A DNA stretch of 64,000 nt, taken from positions 162,256,001-162,320,000 of the forward strand of contig NC_058368.1 of the NCBI RefSeq assembly GCF_018350175.1, written 5' to 3'. Positions 28,278-41,632 of this stretch are shown here, piece by piece. The DNA is from Felis catus. Lineage: Eukaryota. Positions within the stretch are counted from its first letter, which is position 1, and every line of letters begins with the position of its first letter. The notes beneath the pieces are model-generated. The model ran no database searches, had not been told where the DNA came from, and was given only the letters and a program-made list of their open reading frames with translations. A program made the position numbers and the translations under genes.

Positions 28278-29312
28278 TAAGTTTCTTAAATAGTAAGAAT
28301 AGAAATACAAATAAAAATTCTGGTGTAGTAAGATGATCTCAGTAATGTTAGCTGTTTTCCTCAATTTGTTAGTAAGAAAGAACATTAGGCAGACACAAAG
28401 AGCTATTAATTATTTTTTAATTTTTTTTTTCAACGTTTATTTATTTTTGGGACAGAGAGAGACAGAGCATGAACGGGGGAGGGGCAGAGAGAGAGGGAGA
28501 CACAGAATCGGAAACAGGCTCCAGGCTCTGAGCCATCAGCCCAGAGCCTGACGCGGGGCTCAAACTCCCGGACCGAGAGATCATGACCTGGCTGAAGTCG
28601 GACACTTAACCGACTGCTCCACCCAGGCGCCCCAGAGCTATTAATTTTTTAAAAGCCACTTAAAATAACAATTGTTATTTCTTCAAGGGTCTCTTTCCTT
28701 CTATCATATAAAAATCATGTAAATAAGCTACACTAACAATGGAAATTGCCAATCATATTTAAAGCAATTAAACCATTTGGTAACAGAAAGTTAAAATGTT
28801 CAGGCCAAGATAAATAAAAGTATTCAAATCTTGTCATGAGAGAATTGAGAATTTATAAAGATTATTCATTAGGAAATGAAATGTGAATGTTTTATGAGCT
28901 ATGATTACTAATATGAACCACATGGGCTTAATCTGCATTTCGCTTTGTGACACTCTTTGTGAAAATGTGTCACTCGGAAAATGTTTTGATAAAGAGCAAC
29001 AACAGTACTATAAATACCTAGTCTGTGTGTTGTGTGAGAAATACATATTGGCTATCAAATTGAATATCATTTTATATTTGAAAGAATGCCACCCTAGAAA
29101 TGCTGGTCTTTTGGTAATTGTTCTCCGTGTTTGAGCTGCTTAAGGATCTTGCATCTACAGCCATTTTGAAATGTTCCATCATTACATTAAAACTACTGCA
29201 TTTGTAACTTTCAAATAATCCAAAGATTCTTGTACTACCTCTACTGCTACCACCACTATCACACCATGTTTCTCTTAACATTCATTTGATACTTTGAGGC
29301 AGGCAAGTGAGA
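28278..29312 (-). pseudogene. Large pseudo-exon interrupted by a SINE: LTCLPQSIK*MLRETWCD...FEYFYLSWPEHFNFLLPNGLIAL...FLYDRRKETLEE...INSS[SINE]LCLPNVL...
   Basis: Acceptor ccttttaatcag; the frame continues across the SINE once the SINE and one TSD copy are removed; donor TTA|gtatgt at phase 1. Confidence 0.65.
28412..28633 (-). mobile_element. Young felid Can-SINE inside a pseudo-exon
   Basis: TSD agagctattaatt at 28399-28411 and 28634-28646. Confidence 0.97.
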
Positions 29313-29489
29313 CTGATTAAAAGGATTATAGCTGTTTCTGAGTTATCTTTTAAATTGTTCCCTAGAAGGTTAAATTACAAACTTTTTGAAAAAAAATCGC
29401 ATGTAAGTGAACAATTCAAAAGTCATGCTTTTATTTGTATTTGCATCATAAAATGTATTACTTGGCAATAAAATAAATTTTAGTTTTTA

Positions 29490-31120
29490 AAGACATGCAT
29501 TGATAGGAAGAAAATTACAAAACTCTCATAAATGAAATAAAATAAGAACTAAATAAATGAGGCGACATTCCATGTTCATGGATAAGGAGATTCAATATCG
29601 TCAAGATATCAATTCTTCCCAACTTGATTGATAGATTCAGTGCAGTATCAGTCAAAAATCTCAACAAGTTATTTTATAGATATTCACATGAACATGTGTC
29701 TCTTCCATCTGGATGTTCTTCTGCATCCTTTATCATATCCTTTATTACATAATAAACCAGAAGTCATAAGTAAAGTTTTCCCTGAGTTCTGTGAGCCATT
29801 CTAACAAAATACTTAACCCAAGAAATGGGACATTAGAGTCCCTATTTATAGCCAGTCCGTCAGAAATACAGGTGAGAACCTAGGGTTTGCAATTCACATC
29901 TGAAGTTGGGAGTGGGGGACAGTCTTGTGGAATTGAGCTCTCAACTTGTGGAATCTGATGCTGTGCCAGGTAGATAGTGTCAGAATTGAATTGAATTATA
30001 GGACACCCGACTGGTGTTGTAGATAATTGCTTGGTAGGAGGAAAAAAGCCACACATTTGGTGACAGAAATGTCAGAAGTCAAGTCTTCTGAGTGAGTAGT
30101 AAAGGAAAAACACAGAGGAGCAGAAGTTTCTCCTACATAATGGGTCAAAGACTTTAAAAGATGCCTTATCAAAGAGGATAGACAGCAAATCAGCATATGA
30201 AAAAATGCTCCACATCTTATGTCATCAAGGAAATGCAAATAAAACAATGAGATACCACCACAAACTTATTAAAATGGTCAAAATCCAGAACACTAACAAT
30301 ACCAAATGCTGGTGAGGATGTGAAGCACCAGGGACTTACATACTTTGTTAGTGGAAATGCAAACTGGTATAGTCACTTTGGAAAACAGTTCAGTGGTTTC
30401 TGATAAAACTAAACATAGTCAAACCTATGATCCAACAACCACACTCCTTGGTATTTATCCAAAGGAGTTGAAAATTCACATCCATACACAAATCTGTACA
30501 TGGATATTTATACAGTTTTATTCATAATTGCCAGAACTTGGAAGCAACCAAGATGTCCTTCAGTAAGTGAATTGGTAAATGAACTGTGGTATACCTAAAC
30601 AATGGAATATTATTTGGCAATCGAAGAAATGAGCTGTCAAGCCAGGAAGACATGGAAGAAAAAATTGCACATTACTAATTGAAAGAAACCAATCTGATAA
30701 GGCCGTATATTGTATGATTCTAACTATACAGCATTCTGGAAAGGCAAAACTATGGAAACAAAAAGCTCAGTAATTTCCAGGGGTGGGGAGTTAGCAGGAG
30801 ATGAATAGCCATTGCACAGAAGATTATTAAGGCAGTGAAAATTCTCTGTAGAATATTATAACGGTGGATATAGTCATATGAATTTGTCCAATCCCACTCA
30901 ACATACAACACTAAGAGTGAACCCTTAGGAAAACTATGGATTTTGAGTGATTGTAATGTGTCAACATAGGTTTATTCTTGGTAAGCAATTACCATTTTGC
31001 CAATGAAGTTAACAATGGGGGAAGGCTATTCTTGTGTGGGAACAGCAGGTATATGAAAAATTTCTGCACCCGCCTCTCAATTTATTGTGAACCTAAAAAT
31101 GTTCTTAAAAAGGAGAGTAT
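29490..31120 (+). mobile_element. Old L1 3' part with a nested MER21-like LTR fragment (about 29690-30140)
   Basis: L1 ORF2 end and 3'UTR motifs; MER21-type ccctgagttctgtgagccattcta and gatagtgtcagaattgaattgaattataggacacc. Confidence 0.8.
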
Positions 31121-31389
31121 TTTTTAAATAAAGATACAGTAGGCATTTTTCTGGTAGAATATCAAGGCATTATCAATGTTCCAACCTCTATCCTCTACAC
31201 GTTTTATCTTAGCACCCGGTTGTACAACTGTGCAGAGATCTCAGTTTTCAGTTTTTCTGTTAGTACAGCAAAATGAGTGGAGATTCCCTTCCCCTTTCTA
31301 TTAAGGCAGAAATGCAGAAGGACAAGATAAGATTTGTAGGTGGTGAAAAGGGGTCATCCATTGCAATTATTAAAAAGCATTTGCATCTG

Positions 31390-31605
31390 AGGCATCTAGT
31401 TGATGCAGTCCATTAAGTGTCCGACTTTTGATTTCTGCTCAGGTCATGATCTCACGGTTTGTGGCTTTGAGCCCTGTGTCTCACTGACAATGTGGAGCCT
31501 GCTTAGGATTTTCTCTCTTCCTCTCTCTCTGCTCCTCCTTCATTTGCACCCACACACTCTCTCTCCCTCTCTCTCAAAATAAATAAATAAACTTAAAAGA
31601 ATTTA
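31390..31605 (+). mobile_element. Can-SINE within a probable MLT1 LTR remnant (about 31150-32355)
   Basis: SINEC body; TSD taaaaagcatttgcatct; MaLR-like 3' end near 32355. Confidence 0.8.
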
Positions 31606-32571
31606 AAAAGCATTTGCATCTAATGTGGAGACCCTATGTAATGAGAATATTCTCATAAAGATACCATCTCATTTTCAGTACAGGAATACCAGGGCTAATT
31701 TTCACAAGAAAGAAGTGTAACACCTGTTAATATAATGAGTATGTTAACATTATGTGTAACTCCCTTGGGCTTACTCTTTAAGAATATTAATAAGTTTTAA
31801 ACGGAATTTTATTTACTCTTAGCTAATGAGGAAAACAGCCCAATGCAACAGTATTTTCAAGATGAAACGAAGAACGAAGGACAGATGATTCTTTCTCATG
31901 GGATAAGCAGGGGAGATTCCTGAGAAAGGCTAGTGGGACATGGAAGGGCGATTGGGAATAGGACAACAGGAGCTATGGAGATAGAATGGTCCCAATCAAG
32001 TGACACCAGTATTTCCATGGTACAACCCTCACAAATATGAAACTGGAGCCTTGTCTCTTGATCCTACTCGATATTTCTTATACATTTATTGGTGAAAGTC
32101 TCAATTCACAGTCCTCCTACTGGGGATTCAGGTTGTTTGACCATTAAATGAAGAACTTCCCAAATTTGAAGATTGGAAGAATGTAAAAAGATATAGCCCA
32201 AGACACAAAATGACAATTTGAAGGGAGCTACTCAACCAAGAACATCTGTGATGGACCATTATGTAATCAGGAAATGAAATAAAATTTTATTATGTTTGGC
32301 CTCTTAACTTATGAGGTTGCTTGTTTTGGCACTTAGTCTACTCTGACAAACACAGTGGCTAAAGATATATATATATATTATGTATAATTATTAAATGTTA
32401 TATATCACGTATTTTATAAAACTTGCATATATTAATAACATCACATCAGTATATTAATATTGATATTATATTTTGTATATTAATAATATATTAATAATAT
32501 GTGATTTTAACAGTATACAATTATATGTAATTACATGATATTATATGGTATGTAATACATATAATGTATAT

Positions 32572-35500
32572 ATTTTTTTCAAAATATGAAATTTATTGTC
32601 AAATTTGTTTCCATACAACACCCAGTGCTCATCCCAAAAGGTGCCCTCCTCAATACCCATCACCCACCCTCCCCTCCCTCCCACCCTCAATCAACCCTGT
32701 TTGTTCTCAGTTTTTAAGAGTCTCTTGTGCTTTTGCTCTCTCCCACTCTAACCTCCTTTTTTTTTTCCTTCCCCTCCCCCAGGGGTTTCTGTTGAGTTTC
32801 TCAGATCCACATAAGAGTAAAACCATATGGTATCTGTCTTTCTCTGTATGGCTTATTTCACTTAGCATCACATTCTCCAGTTCCATCCACGTTGCTACAA
32901 AGGGCCATATTTCATTCTTTCTCATTGCCACGTAATACTCCATTGTGTATATAAACCACAATTTCTTTATCCACTCATCAGTTGATGGACATTTAGGCTC
33001 TTTCCATAATTTGGCTATTGTTGACAGTGCTGCTATAAACATTGGGGTACAAGTGCCCCTATGCATCAGCACTTCTGTATCCCTTGGGTAAATTCCTAGC
33101 AGTGCTATTGCTAGGTCATAGGCTAGGTCTATTTTTAATTTTGGGGCGAACCTCCACACTGTTTTCCAGAGTGGCTGCACCAATTTGCATTTCCACCGAC
33201 AGTGCAAGACGGTTCCCGTTTCTCCACATCCTCTCCAGCATCTATAGTCTCCTGATTTATTCATTTTAGCCACTCTGACTGGCGTGAGGTGATATCTGAG
33301 TGTGGTTTTGATTTGTATTTCCCTGATGAGGAGCGATGTTTAGCATCTTTTCATGTGCCTGTTGCCATGTGGATGTCTTCTTTAGAGAAGTATCTATTCA
33401 TCTTTTCTGCCCATTTCTTCACTGGGTTATTTGTTTTTTGGATATGGAGTTTGGTGAGCTCTTTATAGATTTTGGATAGTAGCCCTCTGTCCAATATGTC
33501 ATTTGCAAATATCTTTTCCCATTCCATTGGTTGCCTTTTAGTTTTGTTGGTTGTTTCCTTTGCTGTGCAGAAGCTTTTTATCTTCATGAGGTCCCAGTAG
33601 TTCATTTTTGCTTTTAATTCCCTTGCCTTTGGGGATGTGTCAAGTAAGAAATTGCTACGACTGAGGTCAGAGAGGTCTTTCCCTGCTTTCTCCTCTAGGG
33701 TTTTGATGGTTTCCTGTCTCACATTCAGGTCCTTTATCCATTTTGAGTTTATTTTTGTGAATGGTGTGAGAAAGTGGTCTAGTTTCAACCTTCTGCATGT
33801 TGCTGTCCAGTTCTCCCAGCACCATTTGTTAAAGAGACTGTCTTTTTTCCATTGGATGTTCTTTCCTGCTTTGTCAAAGATGAGTTGGCCATACGTTTTT
33901 GGGTCTAGTTCTGGGGTTTCTATTCTATTCCTTTGGTCTATGTGTCTGTTTTTGTGCCAATACCATGCTGTCTTGATGATTACAACTTTCTGGTAGAGGC
34001 TAAAGTCTGGGATTGTGATGCCTCCTGCTTTGGGCTTCTTCTTCAAAAATTTGGCTATTCGGGGCCTTTTGTGGTTCCATATGAATTTTAGGATTGCTTG
34101 TTCTAGTTTTGAGAAAAATGCTGTGCAATTTTGATTGGGATTGCATTGAATGTGTAGATAGCTTTGGGTAGTATTGACATTTTGACAATATTTATTCTTC
34201 CAATCCATGAGCATGGAATGTTTTTCCATTTCTTCATATCTTCTTCAATTTCTTTCATAAGCTTTCTATTGTTTTCAGCATACAGATCTTTTACATCTTT
34301 GGTTAGATTTATCCCTAGGTATTTTATGCTTCTTGGTGCAATTGTGAATGGGATCAGTTTCTTTGTCTTTCTGTTGCTTCATTATTAATGTATAAGAATG
34401 TAACTGATTTCTGTACATTGATTTTGTATCCTGTGACTTTGCTAAATTTATGTATCAGTTCTAGCAGACTTCTGGTGGAGTCTACCAGATTTTCCATGTA
34501 TAATATCATGTCATCTGCAAAAAGTGAAAGCTTAACTTCATCTTTGCCAATTTTGATGCCTTTGATTTCCTTTTGTTGTCTGATTGCTGATGCTAGAACT
34601 TCCAACACTATGTTAAACAACAGCGGTGAGAGTGGACATCCCTGTCCTGTTCCTGATCTCAGGGAAAAAGCTCTCAGTTTTTCCCCATTGAGGATGATGT
34701 TAGCTGTGGGCTTTTCATAAATGGCTTTTATGATGTTTAAGTATGTTCTTTCTATCCCGACTTTCTCGAGGGTTTTTATTAAGAAAGGATGCTGAATTTT
34801 GTCAAAGGCCTTTTCTGCATCGATTGACAGGATCATATGGTTCTTATCTTTTCTTTTATTAATGTGATGTATCACGTTGATTGATTTGTGAATGTTGAAC
34901 CAGCCCTGCAGCCCAGGAATGAATCCCACTTGATCATGGTGAATAATTTTTTTTTATGTGCCATTGAATTCGATTTGCTAGTATCTTATTGAGAATTTTT
35001 ACATCCATATTCATCAGGGATATTGGCCTATAGTTCTCTTTTATTACTGGGTCTCTGTCTGGTTTAGGAATCAAAGTAATACTGGCTTCATAGAATGAGT
35101 CTGGAAGTTTTCCTTCCCTTTCTATTTCTTAGAATAGCTTGAGAAGGATAGGTATTATCTCTGCTTTAAACGTCTGGTAGAACTCCCCTGGGAAGCCATC
35201 TGGTCCTGGACTCTTATTTTTTGGGAGATTTTTGATAACTGATTCAATTTCTTCGCTGGTTATGGGTCTGTTCAAGCTTTCTATTTCCTCCTGATTGAGT
35301 TTTGGAAGTGTGTGGGTGTTTAGGAATTCGCCCATTTCTTCCAGGTTGTCCAGTTTGTTGGCATATAATTTTTCATAGTATTCCCTGATAATTGCTTGTA
35401 TCTCTGAGGGATTGGTTGTAATAATTCCATTTTCATTCATGATTTTATCTATTTGGGTCATCTCCCTTTTCTTTTGGAGAAGCCTGGTTAGAGGTTTATC

Positions 35501-36525
35501 AATTTTGTTTATTTTTTCAAAAAACCACCTCTTGGTTTTGTTGATCTGCTCTGCAGTTTTTTTTTTTAGATTCTATATTGTTTATTTCTGCTCTGATCTT
35601 AATTATTTCTCTTCTTCTGCTGGGTTTAGGCTGCCTTTGCTGTTCTGCTTCTATTTCCTTTAGGTGTGCTGTTAGATTTTGGATTTTGGATTTTTCTTGT
35701 TTCTTGAGATAGGCCTGGATTGCAATGTATTTTCCTCTCAGGACTGCCTTCGCTGCATCCCAAAGCATTTGGATTGTTGTATTTTCATTTTCGTTTGTTT
35801 CCATATATTTTTAAATTTCTTCTCTAGTTGCCTGGTTGACCCACTCATTCTTTAGTAGGGTGTTCTTTAACCTCCATGTTTTTGGAGGTTTTCCAGACTT
35901 TTTCCTGTGGTTGATTTCAAGCTTCATAGCATTGTGGTCTGAAAGTATGCATGGTATGATCTCAATTCTTGTGTACTTGTGAAGGCTTGTTTTGTGACCC
36001 AGTATGTGATCTATCTTGGAGAATGTTCCATGTGCATTCGAGAAGAAAGTATATTCTGTTGCTTTGGCATGCAGAGTTCTAGAAATATCTGTCAAGTCCA
36101 TCTGATCCAATGTATCATTTAGGGCCCTTATTTTTTTATTGACCGTGTGTCTAGATGATCTGTCCATTTCTGTAAGTGGAGTGTTAAAGTCCCCTGCAAT
36201 TACCACATTCTTATCAATAAGGTTGCTTATGGTTGTGAGTAATTGTTTTATATATTTGGGGGCTCCCATATTTGGTGCATAGACATTTATAATTGTTAGC
36301 TCTTCCTGATGGATAGACCCTGTGTTTATTATATAATGCCCTTCTTCATCTCTTGTTACAGCCTTTAATTTAAAGTCTAGTGTCTGATATAAGTATGGCT
36401 ACTCCAGCTTTCTTTTGACTTCCAGTAGCATGATAAATAGTTCTCCATCCCTTCACTCAATCTGAAGGTGTCTTCAGGTCTAAAATGAGTCTCTTGTAGA
36501 CAGGAAATAGATGGGTCTTGTTTTT
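32572..36525 (-). mobile_element. Felid L1, 5'-truncated (about 4 kb), disrupted ORF2 (EN, RT, C-terminal)
   Basis: ORF fragments with [52 protein letters not shown]; about 30-bp TSD. Confidence 0.98.
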
Positions 36526-36835
36526 TATATGGTATATGGTATGTAATGCATATAATGTATATTTTTAAACCAAAGTCAATGTTCTGACACCATCCATATT
36601 GGTTTCTAGTGAGTCAACTTAATTCCTATCTTGCCTAACTTTGACATCCTCTTTAAAGACAACCAAAGTAAAAAAAAATACTGTCCATTGTTGAAGCCTT
36701 TTATATATTAAGCCACAAACCTCAGGATTCTAGAAAACACTGAACACCAACAATAAATCCTTTTTCTATTCTTCCAACCATAGTGTTGGTAACGCCAAAA
36801 TAAAACATTTCAAAATCCTTAGAAAGCAGATGCAT

Positions 36836-36842
36836 TTCTTTT

Positions 36843-36890
<48 letters not shown>

Positions 36891-37139
36891 TTCTTTCTTT
36901 TCTTTTCTTTTCTTTTCTTTTCTTTTCTTTTCTTTTCTTTAACCTTATTTACTTATTTTGAGAGAGAGAGAGAAAGAGAGCAGGGAGGGGCAGAGACAGA
37001 GGGAGACAGAATCTCAAGCAGGCTCTGCACTGCCAGCACAGAGCCCCAAGCAGGGCTCAAAATCACCAATAGTGAGATCATGGACTTGAGTGGAAATCAA
37101 GAGTTGAATGCTTAACTGACTGGGCCACCCAGGTGCCCC
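36836..37139 (-). mobile_element. Can-SINE with a (TTTC)n/(TTTTC)n microsatellite tail
   Basis: SINEC body and tandem tail. Confidence 0.92.
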
Positions 37140-37325
37140 TTTTTTTCTGTTTTAATATATGATGTGAAATATCAATAGCTGCTGGATAATTTGCTAAATA
37201 AATACTGCTTTGCCTTTTCCTGTTTATTTTTATAATTATTTTCAGGAACCATTTGACATGCACAGAGGAGAAGGGATGTCAAATATGAAAATTATATAGT
37301 ATTCAACACTAGAAAGTTAACTTGC

Positions 37326-37704
37326 CTCTCAAAATGATTTTAAAATGTTAATTCCTCTGCATTTTTATTTCATTGAAGGTATGGCTGCTGCATGGCACAT
37401 GGACATATTTGATATATTCTTAAATGTTTGTTTTTAGTTTTATATTGACTTTATAATCAAGGCAGTTGTTTGATTTAAAAACTTAAAGTCTGCATTTAAT
37501 TTGGCAAAAGTGAGTTGTTATATTTCATCTTTATAGAGCCCATATTGCAGTATATGCTGTAATAGAGTTTAAGAGAATCTGTTCAGAGATTTGCTACAGA
37601 TTTTAGAAATGAATGTTGCAATTATTTGCTGTTGGGGTATGCGAGATTGTTCTCCGCCCTTGGGTTTATTCATTCCTGATTGCTGCTCAACTGTCATAAG
37701 TCTC
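37326..37704 (-). pseudogene. Pseudo-exon: RLMTVEQQSGMNKPKGGEQSRIPQQQIIATFISKIC... (3' end uncertain)
   Basis: Acceptor atttcctctttcag; 44 open codons followed by scattered stops; possible GC donor at 37325. Confidence 0.55.
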
Positions 37705-38629
37705 CTGAAAGAGGAAATACTGAGTTGTTCCTTAAGACCAATTACCAGTCACATCTGAGAAAGAAAAATTGAGAAATCAGATTCATTTGTAACATATTTC
37801 TAACTTTACATTAATGTCGGTCTGTTTATACAAAGAACCCATCAATTATGTTGTTTTACAAACACACAGAATCACACTAAATCTTTCAAAGACCTCAAAG
37901 ATGTGCACAGAAAAGGAAGTTGGAGATTCAAAGGGTACAATTAAAAAAAATTAATGACTGAAATATGAGGAATGCCCATATCCCTCATTTTACCTAAACC
38001 TTTGATCCTCCAGTTCTATTGATGAGAATCTAATTATGGTAAAATCATATTTTTCTATCTTCAGAAATTTGTGTTTGTTCATATATATTTCCATTTATAC
38101 TTTCAAAAATGTCTTAGCTCTTTTAAAATGAAGAAGCAGATATGTGAGGGAGCAATACACCTGCTAGAGCCACTGACAAGGTTTTATAATACAGAAATGG
38201 AGAACAAGTTTATTTTTATCTTGGTAAGGTGTTGAATTTGGTGAGGTACCAGATAGTGCCGAGCGGAATGGAGATGAGCAGGACTGGAATGCAGCGCAGG
38301 CAGTGGGAAGGGAAGCCCCTGTTTTTGAGGCTCAGTCAGAGATCTTATGCTGTCTTACTTGCCTTGGTTCTGCCATTAACAGGCTGGGTCACTGCCCATC
38401 AGAGCAGAAGCCAGATACTTTTCTTCGTGCACGCACACACACACATATACACATAACTTTTTTAGCTAGACAAGTAGTGCCAGTAAGGTAATTCTGAGAG
38501 CACATTTTTTCTAATTTTCATAAAGAAGGCATACATTTAAGCAGATGTACTGAGATAACCCTGGAACAATTCCAGTTCGACAATTCTAGGGTTAGCATGA
38601 GCACAGGATGGGTGTGACAGGCTCTGTAG

Positions 38630-38840
38630 CAACAATGTGAAGAGCGTCAAAATTAGTTACTAGATATGGATTCCAGTTTCAGCTCTACCACTCACTAAGC
38701 AATCTAAACTTCAGCCTCCCTATCTACACACAATGTAGAGATGCTAACTTTTTAACTCACCCCCAGGGTAGTTGTGTACATCAAACGGAGTGCTATCATC
38801 ACTTCATAAACTGAAAAGTACCAGAGATATGTGAGCTGTT
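38630..38840 (+). mobile_element. MIR remnant
   Basis: cagctctaccactcacta...cttcagcctccctatct core-like sequence. Confidence 0.55.
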
Positions 38841-38855
38841 ATTGATGGGTCTTAC

Positions 38856-39032
38856 CATAGCATTGGAGAGAATGGTGGACATGGAAGGAAAAAGGCAGGG
38901 TATTTTGTGGGGGACAATGCAATATTTACCCCGAGAGGAAGAAGACTGGTAAAAAAAACAAAAGTTTTTGACTCACACATCTCTGAAGTTTCACAAAGCC
39001 AACTTTGTGAATAAGCCTGAAAATTTTTGATG
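38856..39032 (-). pseudogene. Pseudo-exon: IKNFQAYSQSWLCETSEMCESKTFVFFTSLLPLGVNIALSP...PML (open)
   Basis: Acceptor ccttttcag; donor ATG|gtaaga; 177 nt, phase 2 to 2; joins the next exon as TG|G (Trp). Confidence 0.75.
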
Positions 39033-40108
39033 CTGAAAAGGCTTATTGTAAGTGAGAAGTTTGTATAATTTTTAAGACTTAACATCCGCACATTCAATTT
39101 ACATATTCAGGAGAGAGGGAAGGGCAGTGAGAGAAAATGACAGAAAATAATTTAAATCATATGTGAAACTTGGCCATCTGGAGAATATAGAAAGTTTGTT
39201 ATCAACAGGCCATCTCCTCTTTTGTCCCTAAACAATTTGCTAATCTCAGGATATCAATACCTCACACCATCTTATTTCATAATTCTTACCTAAAGTAGAG
39301 ACATCCTGTAAATAGTCCAACCCCAATTTAAAAATCCTATAATATGCCACACCTAAAATCATTGTCTGTCAGTAAAACTATGGTTTTTTTAATGGTCTTT
39401 TTGATTAAAAGGTATAAGCAGGACCAAGTTTAGCTATAATGTTTTTGATCCAGTAGCTGCCCATGAAACAAACATGAACCTGTGACTTTGGAATTTTAAT
39501 TGGGGATATTCTCACAAATTCTGTTAAATGGGAGAAATATCAAAATATAACATGGTAGGAAAAAGTTGTTAGAAATATTATGTTAATAAATTGTGAGCTA
39601 TACCATTATTCAATACCAATGCATTAAACATGTGTCAGCATTTCAGTATTATGTCCCTGAATGAGTCTAGAATAGATTGTCATTTTCCATTCCATGTTAT
39701 TTGTCCTAAAGAATTAAGTGTCTACAGGCCATGAAAGTAGAGGAGCAAACTGGGGCACAGTCACAAATGTATGGCAACTCTTCTAACCTTTAAGTCAGTG
39801 CTTTATTACTAAGAGCTCTGTAGGATGTGCTTATGGAATATGCAAAAAGCATTTAGGATCTTTTTATAGCAAAAAAAAACATGCATATTGTCAAGGCATA
39901 AACAATATTCATGCAACCTAATTTTAAATGAGAACATGCCTATGCATAACATAGCTCCAGTAGTATATCATAAAAATAATTTATGTGACAACAAGTTATT
40001 TTATGTTCTAATTTTCCCTATTTAAATGTTGATTGTTTCCTAAATCACAGCTTTTAGCACCAAGTCTAGAAACCAGTGTAAGCATGTTTATTGCCTGTAT
40101 GATCTTAC

Positions 40109-40302
40109 AACAAAAATGTAAATACCCAGAGGTTTAGAAGTCTGGTCTTTTTTTTTTTTCTTGAGGAAAATAGAATTGATAACAAAACTGCTAAATAAAT
40201 CACCCAAGTACATGGAATTACTTATCTTTATTCCACATTCCATTATTCTTCCTAGTGGAATATTTGACATTCCAACCACTGGATGCTGTCTTTCAAACAC
40301 TT
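40109..40302 (-). pseudogene. Pseudo-exon: VFERQHPVVGMSNIPLGRIMECGIKISNSMYLGDLFSSF...
   Basis: Acceptor tacaacag; open frame (ORF track 40088..40360 -); exon end uncertain (40126 before gtattt or 40109 before gtaaga). Confidence 0.6.
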
Positions 40303-40417
40303 CTGTTGTAGACCAAATCACAAATAAGCACATAAATAAGTAAATTCTAAGCACAAACATGGATGGTGTTTCGAGTTTCCTTGAGATTCTAGGTCATACA
40401 GAACTTATAATTCTTAC

Positions 40418-40656
40418 AGAAGTCACTGAAAGATTATATGTACATTGCTCAAGACTTCCACACAAGTGGATCAATAGTAGTTTTCAGTATCATGATTCTG
40501 ACATCGTTCTTATGTGCAGGCATCTCCACATCACTGATTCAACCATCAAAGCAGTTTGGAATTTCAAATATTCTGTCTTTAGGTCCTTCATAAAAAAGAA
40601 ATGAGCCATGTTCCACAGAGACCTTACTTTTGAGAGATCTTTATCTGCAACTCTCC
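40418..40656 (-). pseudogene. Pseudo-exon: GRVADKDLSK/SKVSVEHGSFLFYEGPKDRIFEIPNCFDG...IDPLVWKS (frame partly ambiguous)
   Basis: Acceptor cttcaccttattag; donor TCT|gtaaga. Confidence 0.6.
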
Positions 40657-40691
40657 CTAATAAGGTGAAGATATCAAGATTTGATAAATAC

Positions 40692-40692
<1 letters not shown>

Positions 40693-40788
<96 letters not shown>
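40693..40788. repeat. Inverted (AC)n-ATATTT-(GT)n microsatellite
   Basis: Directly visible. Confidence 0.95.
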
Positions 40789-40790
<2 letters not shown>

Positions 40791-41117
40791 TAAGAGCCAT
40801 AAGTATAGTATTTAAGTAAGTTTATAAACTGTTTCGTTCTATGACCTATTAATCCGAGAAGGTTAATCTGTGCAAAATCAAACAACAATAACAGCAAAAC
40901 TGGAAAGAAGAAATTTTTTGTTTTTGTTTTCATTTTGTTTTTGTTTTTTTGGCTTGTATTTTTGTTTTATTTTAGTTTTCTGTTTGGTTGTTTGATATTA
41001 AGAAAGAATAAGATGTGATTTTTCTTGTCTACAGACTAGCAGGATGTAACAAGCACAAAAATTCTCTACATGATGGATGCTGGACATATTAGTTTTTTAT
41101 TAAAAAAAGCGAAAACC

Positions 41118-41319
41118 GGGGCGCCTGGGTGGCTCAGTCGGTTAAGCGTCTGACTTCAGCTCAGGTCACGATCTCGGGGTCCGTGAGTTCGAGTCCTGCG
41201 TCGGGCTCTGGGCTGATGGCTCAGAGCATGAAGCCTGCTTCCGATTCTGTGTCTCCTTCTCTCTCTGCCCCTCCCCCGTTCATGCTCTGTCTCAAAAATA
41301 AATAACGTTAAAAAAAAAA
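41118..41319 (+). mobile_element. Young Can-SINE
   Basis: TSD aaaaaaagcgaaaac. Confidence 0.95.
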
Positions 41320-41408
41320 GCGAAAACAAAACTCAAACCAACCAATGATTCTTTCAGATTTCAAATCTATCTTGAGAGTCAGTAGCCACACTGAGAGATC
41401 AGAGGTAC

Positions 41409-41451
41409 CTTCATATGTAGGTGTCTATTAAATGATCATCTCTGAGCTGAC
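41409..41451 (-). pseudogene. Small pseudo-exon: VSSEMII**TPTYE
   Basis: Strong acceptor cttctctatcctttcttccag; donor AAG|gtacct; 43 nt, phase 0 to 1. Confidence 0.5.
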
Positions 41452-41518
41452 CTGGAAGAAAGGATAGAGAAGTGGACTTTTCTTTAGTATCTTCAGATAT
41501 TTAGACTTAATGACATAC

Positions 41519-41562
41519 CTTTCCTTTGCATTCAGTGCATATATAATGCTTTTGAATATTAT
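41519..41562 (-). pseudogene. Small pseudo-exon: YNIQKHYICTECKGK
   Basis: Acceptor tttcctctgtgtccag; donor AAG|gtatgt; 44 nt, phase 1 to 0. Confidence 0.6.
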
Positions 41563-41632
41563 CTGGACACAGAGGAAATTAAACTGATAAATAATAAAAT
41601 TATAACAGAAAAAATTTGGATTTAGCACTTTT

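Noticed and set aside
32707..36269. Long minus-strand ORFs as host genes or an active retroelement
   Set aside because: They are frameshifted fragments of L1 ORF2; the element is 5'-truncated and has no ORF1
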